DNA from: Rhodosorus marinus CCMP1338
Lineage: Eukaryota; Plantae; Rhodophyta
NCBI GenBank assembly: GCA_029953675.1
Contig: JAMWBK010000006.1
Coordinates: forward strand, 2,408,616-2,472,615
Length of the DNA: 64,000 bases
Reading direction: 5' to 3'
The notes under the pieces were generated by a model. It saw nothing but the letters and a program-made list of their open reading frames with translations, did no database searches and had not been told where the DNA came from. Both the position numbers and the translations under genes were made by a program. Shown here piece by piece: positions 1 through 10,900 of the stretch (position 1 is its first letter; each line of letters opens with the position of its first letter).

Positions 1-1463
1 CCCAACTTCAGCTTAGCCTTATTGTCGAGTAGCATATTTTCCAGTCTCACATCTCTGTGGCAAATGCCGAGACTGTGACAGCACTCCAAGGTCTCGAAAA
101 GTTGCCGCATGTAGTACCTTGCAACTTCCTCGGGGAGAAGGTTGCTGGGATAGAGCCTGACGATGTCAATCAGGGAGCCACCACCAAGGAGCTCCATTCT
201 TAGATACATGTTTTCGTCATCTTCGAGCACTTCTTCCAGCTCAACCACGTGCGGATGACCAGTCAACATCTTAAGGGACTCGATTTCATGATCTAACCGC
301 GACATGTAAGCACAGTTACCTAGAGGCAGCAGTGTTTAGACGATTAAGCAACGATCCAAACAGAAAATCGGCATCAACAGCTTCGTTCGAAGTCGATCAT
401 TCCGTTAGAGGAACGGCTCACCTTTCTTTACGATCTTCAGCGCGTATTTTTCATTTGTCTCCATGCTTGATGCGAATCTGACGATTCCAGTGGCTCCTTT
501 CCCTATGATTCTTCCGAGCTCGCAGTTCCCCACCGTATCCAGATGTCGAGATTCCCAGTACTCATACTCACGAGTAATCAGATCCGCAAGTATAATGAAG
601 TGGTCTTGATTAAGAACACCGGAGCCAACAGTATCAAATTCGCTCATGATTCTCTCTTCAGGGGAAACTCCGGGGGGATTAGAGAATGATAGCTCGGACA
701 GGTGAATGTTGTCGTACTCCAAGATGCGAAACAAACAGGATAGTTCGGCTATCGTCACGTAGTTCTGTCTACCAAAGTCTGTGACCTTCCAAAGCCACTG
801 CATAAACTCCTCCCGTGCACCATCCTCAGAGAGAAATACTGTTAGTTCCTTGAACATTTTGAGCCGAACTCTTTCTCCCACAGCGGTTGTTTTCGCGTGC
901 TCCGAGTACTCAACTTCTTCTGCATCGACCTCGTTTTCTGAGAGTACTTTCTCGGATTGTGCATCACTTGAGTTCCCATAAATGGCCACGGAGGGACCAT
1001 TAGTCTTTTCGGATATTCCAGAATCTCGAAGCGAATGTCTCTGAATCGAATCATCCGGGACGAACACGCTGCGAACCTTCGACAAATTTGCGAAACGACG
1101 GAACGTCGAACCGTTGCCAGTATGGGTGTCGCTGTCCGTCGTTTCCTGCTTCGTCAATTGCACACCCCTATTCAACAGCTCCTTGAATTCTGTGTCTGAA
1201 AGCTCGTCACGCAGTCTTTCTTTGGAAGTATTAAAGAAAGAATACGTGTCTGCTAGAGACTTGAAAGTGAGCGTGCCATTCTTTAGCTCGTCAAAATAAA
1301 ACAGAACTGGAAGACTGTTGATGAAAGTCCAACATTTCGGCACTTTTGCAATATCCCCCAGTGACAGATACCCGTTGTTTTGTGTGTCCAACTCATTTAA
1401 AAGCCCAACAAGCTGTTCCTCGTTCTCAATGGGCAGCCAATCGCTGCTATAGCTGGCTCCCAT
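1..1463 (-). CDS. Ser/Thr protein kinase (CAMK/SnRK-like) with N-terminal EF-hand-like region; 3'-partial
   Basis: Exon 1463-422 gives MGASYS, EF-hand-like loops (DTQNNGYLSLGD, DFGRQNYVTIAE, DTVGSGVLNQDH), GKGATG and YALK. A GT-AG intron spans 421-320. Exon 319-1 translates to HEIESLK..HPHVVEL..MELLGGG..HRDVRLENMLLD and runs off the window. Confidence 0.9.
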
Positions 1464-2679
1464 TTTTTTTGTTTGCTAGTGTCAAATAACAAAATTGAAT
1501 GGACTTGCTCGAAACAACGCGTTAGTCTCATCCGTGACCAAACAGACTGTTTAACACATTAGGCTCGGAGCGCGGCTGGCAATAACTGCTAATTCCCTCC
1601 AACGAATTTGACCCTTCGATACACGAACTCTGAGCAAGGCTCGTGAAAATCCTCCTTTGCTCAAAACGTCCAATTTCCGCTCCCCGCGTACTTGCTATGA
1701 GTCAGTCATAGCCGCACGGTGCCCTGCGTAGTCACTCGCTCAGACCAAAAGTCACCAAGAAGCAGGAAACGAGTCCTCACTCGGCTCTTCGTCAACTAAA
1801 TCCATCCACGTGAAAGTTCCAGTCCTCTTCGAGCGCGTGTTGTAGAGGGGAGAAACCACCTTATTTGTTCCCTCCTCGACTCTTCTCAACCCCTACAACT
1901 CTGATAATCCTTGCACTACTACGTAACTCCGCAATCCTCTCCCACTAGCTTCGAAACGAGCCAGCAAACGCCTATTTGAATCAGACAATCACCCCTCCAC
2001 AGTCTCCATCTGCCGCACGGAAATTCGGGAATCCCCGAAAGCGCCACAAATTAAATGACCGCTTTTTCTAGCCAACATTGGGGAGGCCTTTCCGGGAAAA
2101 AATGGCCTGGCATTCTGGAAGATTCCCGCAGGGGTTAGAGTTTCGGCGCTTACGGCTTTTCTGTGTGACGACTTTCGTCGGATTCTCCCCACCCCTTTTC
2201 AGTTTTCTTTTGAGAGCGAAAGTCGGAAGAGTTTTTTCGAAATATTGTTTCTATCTTGGAACCCATTCGGATTTTGCGATGTTTTTACAGTAGTATTGGA
2301 TGTGATGTACAAATGTGGCCTAGTGTTGAAGATCTGCGACCATATGCTTCAACATTCCACGTTTGTTCGCGGGCGGGGGTCCCAGTCTGAGGATAATCGT
2401 TAGCTAAGATTTCATCCCCGACTGCAAGCTGCGGGAACTCTCTTATATGCTGAATTGCTTAGTATGACGGGTCAGTTGTCATCCACGGCATCTCTTGCTC
2501 AGAGCAAGGGTGAAAGCGTGAGATCAAAGCCAGTAAAAGCTGTTCCGCAGCTCCTTTTAATCTGCCCCGAGAGTGTCATAGTTGCTCTCCGCAGAACGAC
2601 TATGGTAGGTGAATGCACAAAACCGTGAATCCACTCCAGCTGCTCAGTACTAAAGGGCATGCCTGCAAAAGATAAAACC

Positions 2680-2687
2680 TATATAAA
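2680..2687 (+). promoter_or_regulatory. TATA box (TATATAAA) upstream of structured intergenic segment
   Basis: Canonical TATA about 30 bp before the first predicted helix of the candidate ncRNA and over 500 bp from the next ATG (3203). Confidence 0.5.
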
Positions 2688-2711
2688 CTGAGACGAGTGC
2701 TGCTCGCGCTT

Positions 2712-3121
2712 GCCATTCACAGACCCAGCCAAAACAATCTCGCAGAGCACTAGTAACCGCTGCAGGGGCGGCCGGGGTTTACGTTAATCCGTACGAATGC
2801 CGAGATTTTCTTTTCTCTCTGCTTTGACGTTGTTCGCGGCTGGGTCGCTGTCCTTTGTTTAAGGGCTAACGTAACCCCAGACTAACGCACCCAAGGACCC
2901 TTCGAAGATTTCGCTTGTTTATATGGCGTGCTAACAAATTCGCTCTTTTGAATCGAGGCAAAAAGAAAAAAAAGAGTTTTCGTTGTCCAGATGCACTGGA
3001 CCTAGCTTTGGCTGGCTCCCTCCTGAAAACCTTCGAAACTGTACTAGCCAGTTTCGAAGGTTTCGGAGTTCATCGATGAGGAGTATCGGGATTTAATTCG
3101 GAAGCCCTAAGAGAGGGAGTC
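2712..3121 (+). ncRNA. Candidate telomerase RNA (TR/TER); boundaries approximate
   Basis: Contains 22-nt CTAACGTAACCCCAGACTAACG, one 16-nt unit plus a 6-nt terminal repeat, complementary to the G-rich repeat at retroelement junctions. Helices found by eye: 2722-2730/2838-2846, 2742-2747/2817-2822, 2850-2855/2893-2898, possible pseudoknot 2943-2949/2970-2976, 2985-3001, perfect 15-bp stem 3027-3041/3049-3063, closing stem 3014-3022/3113-3121. No long ORF. Confidence 0.55.
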
Positions 3122-3202
3122 TGAAGTACTAAAGGATTTCTAAGGCTGAGCGCGTCAGACATGCCGTTGTGCGAATGATCAGACCGGAATGAATCGAGAG
3201 TT

Positions 3203-4195
3203 ATGCCAGGATTTCAGTCGATTTTGTTCTTCCTAGTCGTATTGTACATTGCCTTGAGTACGAATCCCGATGAGGAATCTTTCCGGAGATTTGCGGGATC
3301 CAGAATACGACGACAGGAGAAGGTTCAGTGCTCGGAGTCGGGAATCTGTGTGCATGGTGGTGGATTCTCTAGGATCTTGGAACCTTTCAACACAGACTCC
3401 AAGAAGGTGCTAGGATTTCAAGTTGCAGACGGATCTCCGCGACTCTACTTCCGTGGCACGGACTGCGTCTTTTTCACTGTGGTGCATTGGACCAGTCCCT
3501 TGTCGGGCGCGTATCTCGGTATTCTGAATATATGGATAGCGCTTCCGCAACCGAAAGCGATTCGCGATGTGGTTGTGGTCAATCGCGATCAGTTAACGAG
3601 ACTTTTGCCAGCAATAGGACTGTGGCAGGGAAGGAACGAAGAACTACCTCCGACTGAACGTGTTCTCGGAATAGTGTATACAGTTATCTTCACGGCGCTT
3701 GCTCTCAGTTCACCCAGAGTCCGCGACGGACTCCTCTGGAGCAGGACATCAGCACGGAGAGGGCGCCTCTGGACAGCTGCCATAAGTCTTTTCGCTCATC
3801 GGACCTGGTTCTCGACCGCTCGCAGCGTGCTAGTTGTTCTCTTCTGTACATCTTCCCTAGTGGAATCAGTTGGCAAGTCCGCGTTTGTTGAGTTGCTGGG
3901 GTGCAGTGCTGTCGGTGCAATAGTGGCAACTGCAATGGCCGGCAGCGAGACCAGCCCGTTCTACCTTGGCCCGGTGACACCTTACAGTACTCTTGTTGCC
4001 CTTTGCATGGTTGGTCTTGATTCAAGGGTGAAGATTAGATGGCTAGTGTTCTCTAACCTGTCTGTTTCACCATTTGACGCTCTGATGGCGTCAGTAGCAG
4101 TGGAACTCATTGAAGGCAGTCTTCAGGGAGGTCTTATCGCTGCGGTAGCTGCGCTTACCTCCTGGCTGTTCGCTCGAATCGGACTTCTGCGTTAG
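3203..4195 (+). CDS. Multi-pass membrane protein with rhomboid-like C-terminal domain, probably catalytically inactive
   Basis: 330-aa single-exon ORF. WTAAISLFAH..LVESVGKSAFVELL resembles rhomboid TM2-3, but there is no GxSG motif (LGPVTPYS instead). N-terminal TM followed by TNPDEESF. Confidence 0.55.
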   Translation: MPGFQSILFFLVVLYIALSTNPDEESFRRFAGSRIRRQEKVQCSESGICVHGGGFSRILEPFNTDSKKVLGFQVADGSPRLYFRGTDCVFFTVVHWTSPLSGAYLGILNIWIALPQPKAIRDVVVVNRDQLTRLLPAIGLWQGRNEELPPTERVLGIVYTVIFTALALSSPRVRDGLLWSRTSARRGRLWTAAISLFAHRTWFSTARSVLVVLFCTSSLVESVGKSAFVELLGCSAVGAIVATAMAGSETSPFYLGPVTPYSTLVALCMVGLDSRVKIRWLVFSNLSVSPFDALMASVAVELIEGSLQGGLIAAVAALTSWLFARIGLLR

Positions 4196-4672
4196 ATGTT
4201 GGATGTACATTTGCATAGTTTGGGATAGAGCGTCCTGGAGCTAGGAGCTCTTGATTTACCGACTGAAGTCAGCGGACCTTCGTATATACGTGAACGCGAT
4301 ATCGCGATCGGTGTCCAGCGGCTTCTCAAGAAAGCCTACGAGTTGGAACTAGTTAACCATTGTAGAAAAAGCGTGTTTCCCCCTTGTTTGAGACTTCTCG
4401 CATGCTGCCATGAATCCGGAAGGATCAATGTGTGTCCCGACGAGGGTTTTCCTATCTTCAAGATGCGCTTTTTTCTCGGCGAAGCCGTTTCATTTTTTCC
4501 GCCTCGCATGGAACATTCGTTGTTACCGTAGAAGAAGTAAATCTTTTTCCACAAGGCATGTTAACCCCAGCTCGCAATCTGTGACGCTTCGTAAAGAGAG
4601 TGTTCAGAGCATTGAAAAGCTGCATCATAGAAGTCGATCAGCGCGCGCTTTTCATCTGGCTTCGTATTCGGT

Positions 4673-4771
4673 CTTTTCCATGCGAAGCCGGTTTACTTGC
4701 ACGCAAGCTTGACCTCCTACTGCGACGATTTAAAAGAACTGTCTGCGTTCAGCCTTTTCCATGCGAAGCCG
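4673..4771. repeat. 18-bp perfect direct repeat pair (CTTTTCCATGCGAAGCCG at 4673 and 4754)
   Basis: Identical 18-mers 81 bp apart, each followed by TTGCACG. Confidence 0.75.
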
Positions 4772-5810
4772 CTCATTTGCACGTAACCTTCGTCTCCTAA
4801 TGCGATAATCTAGACAACTGTCACCATCGTGCATCTTCTATGATCTACTGCGGCCCTGGAACAAGCAAAGGCATCTTGCGAAGTCAGCGTAACCACTGTT
4901 ACAGACCTCAACCTCCTTTTCCGGGGAAGCATGTCTCCTAGGCTTGTAAACAGAACGACGCCAGGAAGCCGCGACTTCGCGTGCTGGGCTCTACTGTATT
5001 TTGGACTCTTCAAAATTTTGTTTTTCATTTCCCGGGGAGGAGGAAGAGACGACCTCAAACCGAAACCGCAATGTCGAAACTCCTACAACCAAAGACACGC
5101 GTCCCTCATTCACTGGGTTAGGGACATCGTTTTTGTCTTAGGGGGTATACTCCGTCTTGAAGAATACCGTACTCTACCAAGAAAGCACTTTCGATTCCTT
5201 GATTGTTTGAGATACTGACAATATTTTGGAGGATCGTTGGGCGCATATACTGTCTTGTCAATGACAATGGGGAAGATTCGCCGAGCGTGAGATCGAGCTG
5301 CTTCGAAGACGATGGGCCGTTCATCATATTGTGGGGACAGAATCATCAAACTAGCAGAAATAGAATTTTCGGAGAAATTTCGACTCTTGCTAGCCTGGCT
5401 CAGATTTTTTCTTTGCTAGCAGGGATTGGGTGGTCGAAAGTGATAGGATTGGCCAAGAAGCAAATGAAGTTCTGCCTTATCCAATCACTGCCAGGATACA
5501 TTGGAACTCGCTCTCGAGGCGGCAGATCTTTGGATGGGGAATCGCTGAAAAACTTAATTTTTCTTCTTCGTCCTTTCTAGAGGAGGTCGACAAGCACCAC
5601 TCACTACCCTTGAAATTTGTAGAATCAGAACTGTTTCTTGTGGATTTCTTTTTTGCACGTTGGATAATGGTAGCGTATCCTCAGCTGGCAGACCACCATC
5701 CTGACTGTATTATAAGTTCGCTTTAGATCTGGAGAGCGTGCAGTAGGATTGTGGGAGTAGACGTGCAGGTCGTGGGAAAGGTTTGCGTTTCTGAACTTGC
5801 CTGTGGAAAT

Positions 5811-7190
5811 ATGGAGCAAGCTGCTTTTGTGTGTGGGGGTGTTTTTGGAGCTCGTAGGAGCACTCTGTCCACCTCGGATGTAGTGTCCTCCCGCAGCGCG
5901 TTTGTCGCGCGCCGTAGCAACGTTGGAGTTGGAAAGTTCTCGTTCCAGGCGAGTCAAGCCAAGCGTTCCGGTGTGATCGTCATGGCAACGGAAACCGACA
6001 CGATGGTGAAGGCCGACTCTGCCACAGGAATGCACACAGCTGCCGCAGTGAGTGCCGAAATCAGCAAGGCTATGGCCGCGAAGGGAATCGACCGACCAGT
6101 CATTATCGGTGTCGCTGCTGATTCCGGCTGTGGGAAATCCACCTTCCTGCGTCGTGTTGCGGATATTTTCGGAACCAAGCTTACGAAGGCACATACACCG
6201 CAGGGAGAGTTCCTGACGGTTATCTGCTTAGATGATTTTCATACGCACGATCGAATGGGACGTAGGGAGGCAGGTGTAACGGCCCTGGACCCAGCGGCAA
6301 ACAACTTTGACCTCATGTACGAGCAGGTTAAGGCACTGAAGGAGGGAAAGTCCGTCATGAAGCCAATCTACAACCACGAGACCGGAGAAATCGACCCGCC
6401 GGAGCTGGTTGAGCCGAACCATCTAGTGGTCATCGAAGGTCTCCATCCCATTTATGATGAGCGAGTGCGCGAGCTTTTGGACTTCAGCGTCTACTTGGAT
6501 CTCGCGGATGAAGTTAAGATCGCCTGGAAGATCCAGAGGGACATGGCTGAGCGAGGCCATACGCTGGAAGCTATTCTGGCTTCAATTGAATCTCGCAAGC
6601 CCGACTTTGCGGCATACATTGACCCACAGAAGAAGCACGCTGATGTTGTTATGGAAATTCTCCCGACCGAGCTGATTCCAGATGACGATGAGAAGAAGGT
6701 CCTTCGAGTTCGCCTCATCCAGAACGAGGGAATTGAGGGATATGAACCCGTGTTTCTTTTCGACGAAGGTTCCACGATGGAGTGGATTCCGTGTGGAAAG
6801 AAGCTTGCTTGCAGCTATCCTGGAATCAAGTTCCGATCTGGACCTGATACTTATTATGACAAGAGTGTAAGTGCCCATCAGGAATAGCAGCCCAGGCATT
6901 GTCGAACACCGAAAGAAGCTGATTTGACCCGTCCTCTTCTAACGTTGTAGGTCGATGTTGTAGACTGTGATGGTGGGTTTGAGAAGCTCGACGAGATGAT
7001 CTACGTCGAATCTCACATGAACAATACCAGCACGAAGTTCTACGGTGAAGTTACCCAGCAACTCCTGAAGAATTCGTCCGCACCGGGAAGCAAGAATGGC
7101 ACTGGTTTGTTCCAGGTCATTATGGCGCTCAAAATGCGTGAAGCTTACGAGCGAATTACTGGCAGATCTATCACCCCGGCCCTGTCGTAG
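5811..7190 (+). CDS. PRK: Phosphoribulokinase, plastid-targeted
   Basis: Transit-peptide-like N-terminus (MEQAAFV, Ser/Arg-rich), VIIGVAADSGCGKSTF, ICLDD, YNHETG, IEGLHP. GT-AG intron 6867-6950. Last exon VDVVDCDGGFEKLDEMIYVESHM ends at TAG 7190. Confidence 0.97.
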
Positions 7191-7919
7191 GACGATAGCG
7201 CCTCAACTTGTTAAAAACGTGAACGCTTTAGAGAGTAAAAATGAAATTTAGTTCCTCAAAGTCCATTTACTTTTTTGCCCTGGACTGTCAAATATAGTCG
7301 GGCGTGCGTCTCCATCCTCCCTCCCGCCCGCCCGTGTACAGCCTATGATGGTCACACTTTCCTTGCGATTCAAGACGATCGCCGAATGGATTCCAAAAAC
7401 ACCCGCTAGCTCATAATGGAGTACAATTTAGACACAGCGAAAACATGCTGATTTTGAAAAGCTGAACGAACACATTCTTTCGATAGCAAGCTGTGGGTCC
7501 TGCCGACGAACATGGAATACTGCATCTTGTGCATGCGGGAGAAGTCTAGCAAGATTGTTGCAAGTTTATGTCTGTCTTAGACTAGGCCGAGGCTCTCTTT
7601 TGAGCTCTGTTCGGGAACCCGGACAGGTAGTTGCTCCTTGACGAGTGTACATTTTCGCTGTTAAGCGTTTACGAGCGGACTTCGCTAGTGAATATGCTAG
7701 GCTACAGGGGAAACAGGTTGACAAATCGCAGATCAATTTAGTTCAGAATCAGCTTAGACACTCTCCTCTATCACATTAGGATGCCCCGCGGGGTTGGTTC
7801 TCCTGTGGTTGTGCTTTCTGTCTTGCTCGTCAGCTACATCGTTTGTTCCGATGTGATCGGCCAGTTCGGAGGCCAGGTCGGAGGTTACAGTTCATACTAA
7901 GCTCACACTTTTTTCCTTC

Positions 7920-10900
7920 TCACACATCTGTATCGTAATTGAGAATTGGCCTCAACCATTTTTCGGCCGTCCTCGTGTCCCATGACTTTCGCTCTTGATA
8001 GTCAGTCGCCTGTTCCTTTGTAATCTGCCCGACAGCAAAATACTTGCCTACGGACACCGAGAAAACAGAACGGGGTCAGTGAACGACGCAAGACCGTTAT
8101 GAGACGAGAGACCTTGGCAATGTATCATACTATTTGGGTGAGCGAAGAGCAAGCCGCTCACGCTCGCTGGTGGGGTCATGGCCAGCGACTCCGTTAGTCC
8201 TATTCCAGCCTTGTCCGCCTCCAAGAGTTCCCACATCACGGATTTCTCCGTATGATCAGGCTGGAGTGCGGTTTGAAACCAAAGCAGGCAGGCGTTCAGG
8301 GAAAATCTTCAGTAAACCGAGGATAAGCAATTACAATTTCCTCTTCAGACAAACACCCACCTGCGAAGGATATCCTGGGGCAGGTCTAATGCCTTCATAC
8401 TTAATTTTCAACAAGTCTTCTCTGTCCAGGCTTTCCTCCTTCGCATATCCCCATAAGGTTTTCCGAACCTCCTCGTGCATGTACTCCGCAAACGCTTCAG
8501 CAAGTCGATCTGCCAAAGCTTCAGTCATTATGGCTCTGTAGTCATCATTTTTCTTTTTGTAGTCCTCCACGAGCTCCTTTTTACTCGCGGACAAACAAGA
8601 ACCTCCTCCATGAGCTCCAGCTCTCATACACCCCACGCCACCCAAACAAATAAGTTTGCACGGTCACATAATCCGCAATGCTCACCTCGGCATTGATTCC
8701 AGCAGTACATGCAAACATGCCAATGTAGTCTCGAATTCCACTCTCGAGAGGCGCGACGAAATCAGACATCGCCAGGTATGGGTCGTCTGTCTCCTTCTCG
8801 CACTGCTGTCTCAACGTGTGTAGAACTCCAATTCGAGTCTGTTCGGATCTGTTCTGGTCGTCAGAGTAAACCTCAACGTCATCACCAACAGAATTTGCGG
8901 GATAGAAAGCCACGACGCCTGGAAATTAATGAAGGTGTTGAGCAAAGATCTTCCAGTGAGCGAAATGGGTATCAGACTAAAAATATAGTCGCATGGAGGC
9001 GTTGGCTTGCGTGCTCTAGCTTATACCGTTTGCACGCAGTAATTTTCCCTCGATGAACTCTTGCAGCATGTCTGCCGCATCCTTGTGCAGCTCCAAAGCC
9101 TGAGCACCGACATCCGGGTCCTTAAAGATCTTTGGATATCCCCGATTCGGATACTTTCCCCTAATCTGCCATGTACTGAAGAAAGGGTTCCAGTCTATGT
9201 ACGGAACCAACAGCTCCAACGGCAGCTCCAGTACTTCTCTCCTTCCGATGAAAGAAGGTTTCACCGCTGGTGGTCTTGTGAGGAAGTCTATCTCAAACTT
9301 GTTCTCGCGTGCTTCCGAAAGCGATAGGAACTTTCTCTCTTCCAGGCCTGCATAATGCTCCTGTGCAACAAGCGACGGATAATATGGCAGAAGGAATATT
9401 CAGACACCCAGAAAACACAACGTTTTAGGGGAGGTCGGACGAAAATTCAGAATTGCAAGGTTTACTTCTCGAAGTTCTTCGTATTCTTCATCAACGTCAG
9501 CAACAAAGTCTTCAGTATTCTTCTCATCCAACAGGCTCGAAACGACCGGCACACTTCGCGACGCGTCCAATACGTGCACAACTGGGCCACTGTAGGCTGG
9601 TCTGATCTTCACAGCAGTATGCATCTTTGAAGTTGTCGCTCCGCCAATTAATAGGGGAATCCTTAGCCTGGTTTTCTCCAACTTCTTAGCCATGAAAACC
9701 ATTTCGTCTAGTGACGGAGTGATTAGGCCGGACAATCCGACAACGTCGGCATTATTCTCTATGCACGCTTCAATAATCTTATCGGGCGGACACATGACCC
9801 CGAGATCTATGACTCGGTAGTTATTGCAGCCCAGCACAACTCCGACTATGTTCTTCCCAATATCGTGAACGTCGCCCTTGACCGTTGCAATAACAAACGT
9901 TCCAGCGTACATATCTGTTTCTTCCGCTGCCAAGCCAGCTTCCAAAGCCTTTCGCCTCGCCTCCTCCTTCTCAATTTCCATGTATGGAACCAATACTGCC
10001 ACTGCCTTCTTCATAACTCGGGCGCTTTTGATCACTTGAGGTAGAAACATCTTTCCCGCTCCGAACAAGTCTCCAACAACGTTCATACCGTCCATTAAGG
10101 GGCCTTCAATGACTTCGAGAGGCCTTGCATATTTTTGTCTGGCTTCTTCCGTGTCTTGCTCCACAAACTCATCGAGTCCTTTCACGAGAGAGTGTGTCAA
10201 ACGCTCCTGAACCGGAGCTTCTCTCCACTTCGACTTTTCCTTATCCTCCTTCCTCCCTTGAGAGCACAAACGGCAGTAAAGCGGTTGTGAACGAACGCTT
10301 TCACTAAGCTTCTAAAACATAGTTCCCTAGCAAACTGTCATGGCAATGTGCTCACCTTCTTTAGTCATAGTCAGTGAGTAGTTGAGAAGCTTTTCCGTGG
10401 CTTCTTCATGTCGATTCAGCAGAACATCTTCAATCAATTTCAGCAACTCCTTATCGATGTCATCATAGTTGGGAATCAGTCCAGCATTGACGATACCCAT
10501 ATCCAGACCCTTGTCTATTCCGTAGACAAGGAAAGCCGAATGCATGGCTTCTCGGAGAGTAGAATTCCCCCTGAAGGAGAAAGAGACGTTGGAGACTCCG
10601 CCAGAAACGTGGCATCCGGGCAACGTGTCTCTAATGATTCTCGAGGCTTCGAAGAAATTAACCGCGTAGTTGTTGTGCTCTTCAATGCCAGTGGCGACAG
10701 TCAAGATGTTTGGATCAAATATAATATCCGTCGGGGCAAAATTCACTATGTCGACCAGTATTTTGTACGCCCTGGTGCATATGCGAACCTAAGATCAAGC
10801 GGACAGTACAGGTCAGAGTAACCGGTGAACCACCTGAAGGTCCCGGGCCCAAGTATCACAAGCGCCGTCGAATAGAACATTGAAGTATTGGATTCGACTC

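Noticed and set aside
2477-2497. Minus-strand GAGATGCCGTGGA resembling the CR-II/CR-III region of eukaryotic RNase P RNA
   Set aside because: CR-I, CR-IV and CR-V are not found in the required order and spacing, and a 13-nt match is expected by chance in a window this size.
4336-5726. Several short overlapping ORFs between the rhomboid-like gene and PRK
   Set aside because: No recognisable motifs or consistent splice pattern; cannot support a gene.
5751-5810. Upstream extension of the PRK ORF
   Set aside because: It starts at a non-ATG codon; the ATG at 5811 gives a typical transit peptide.
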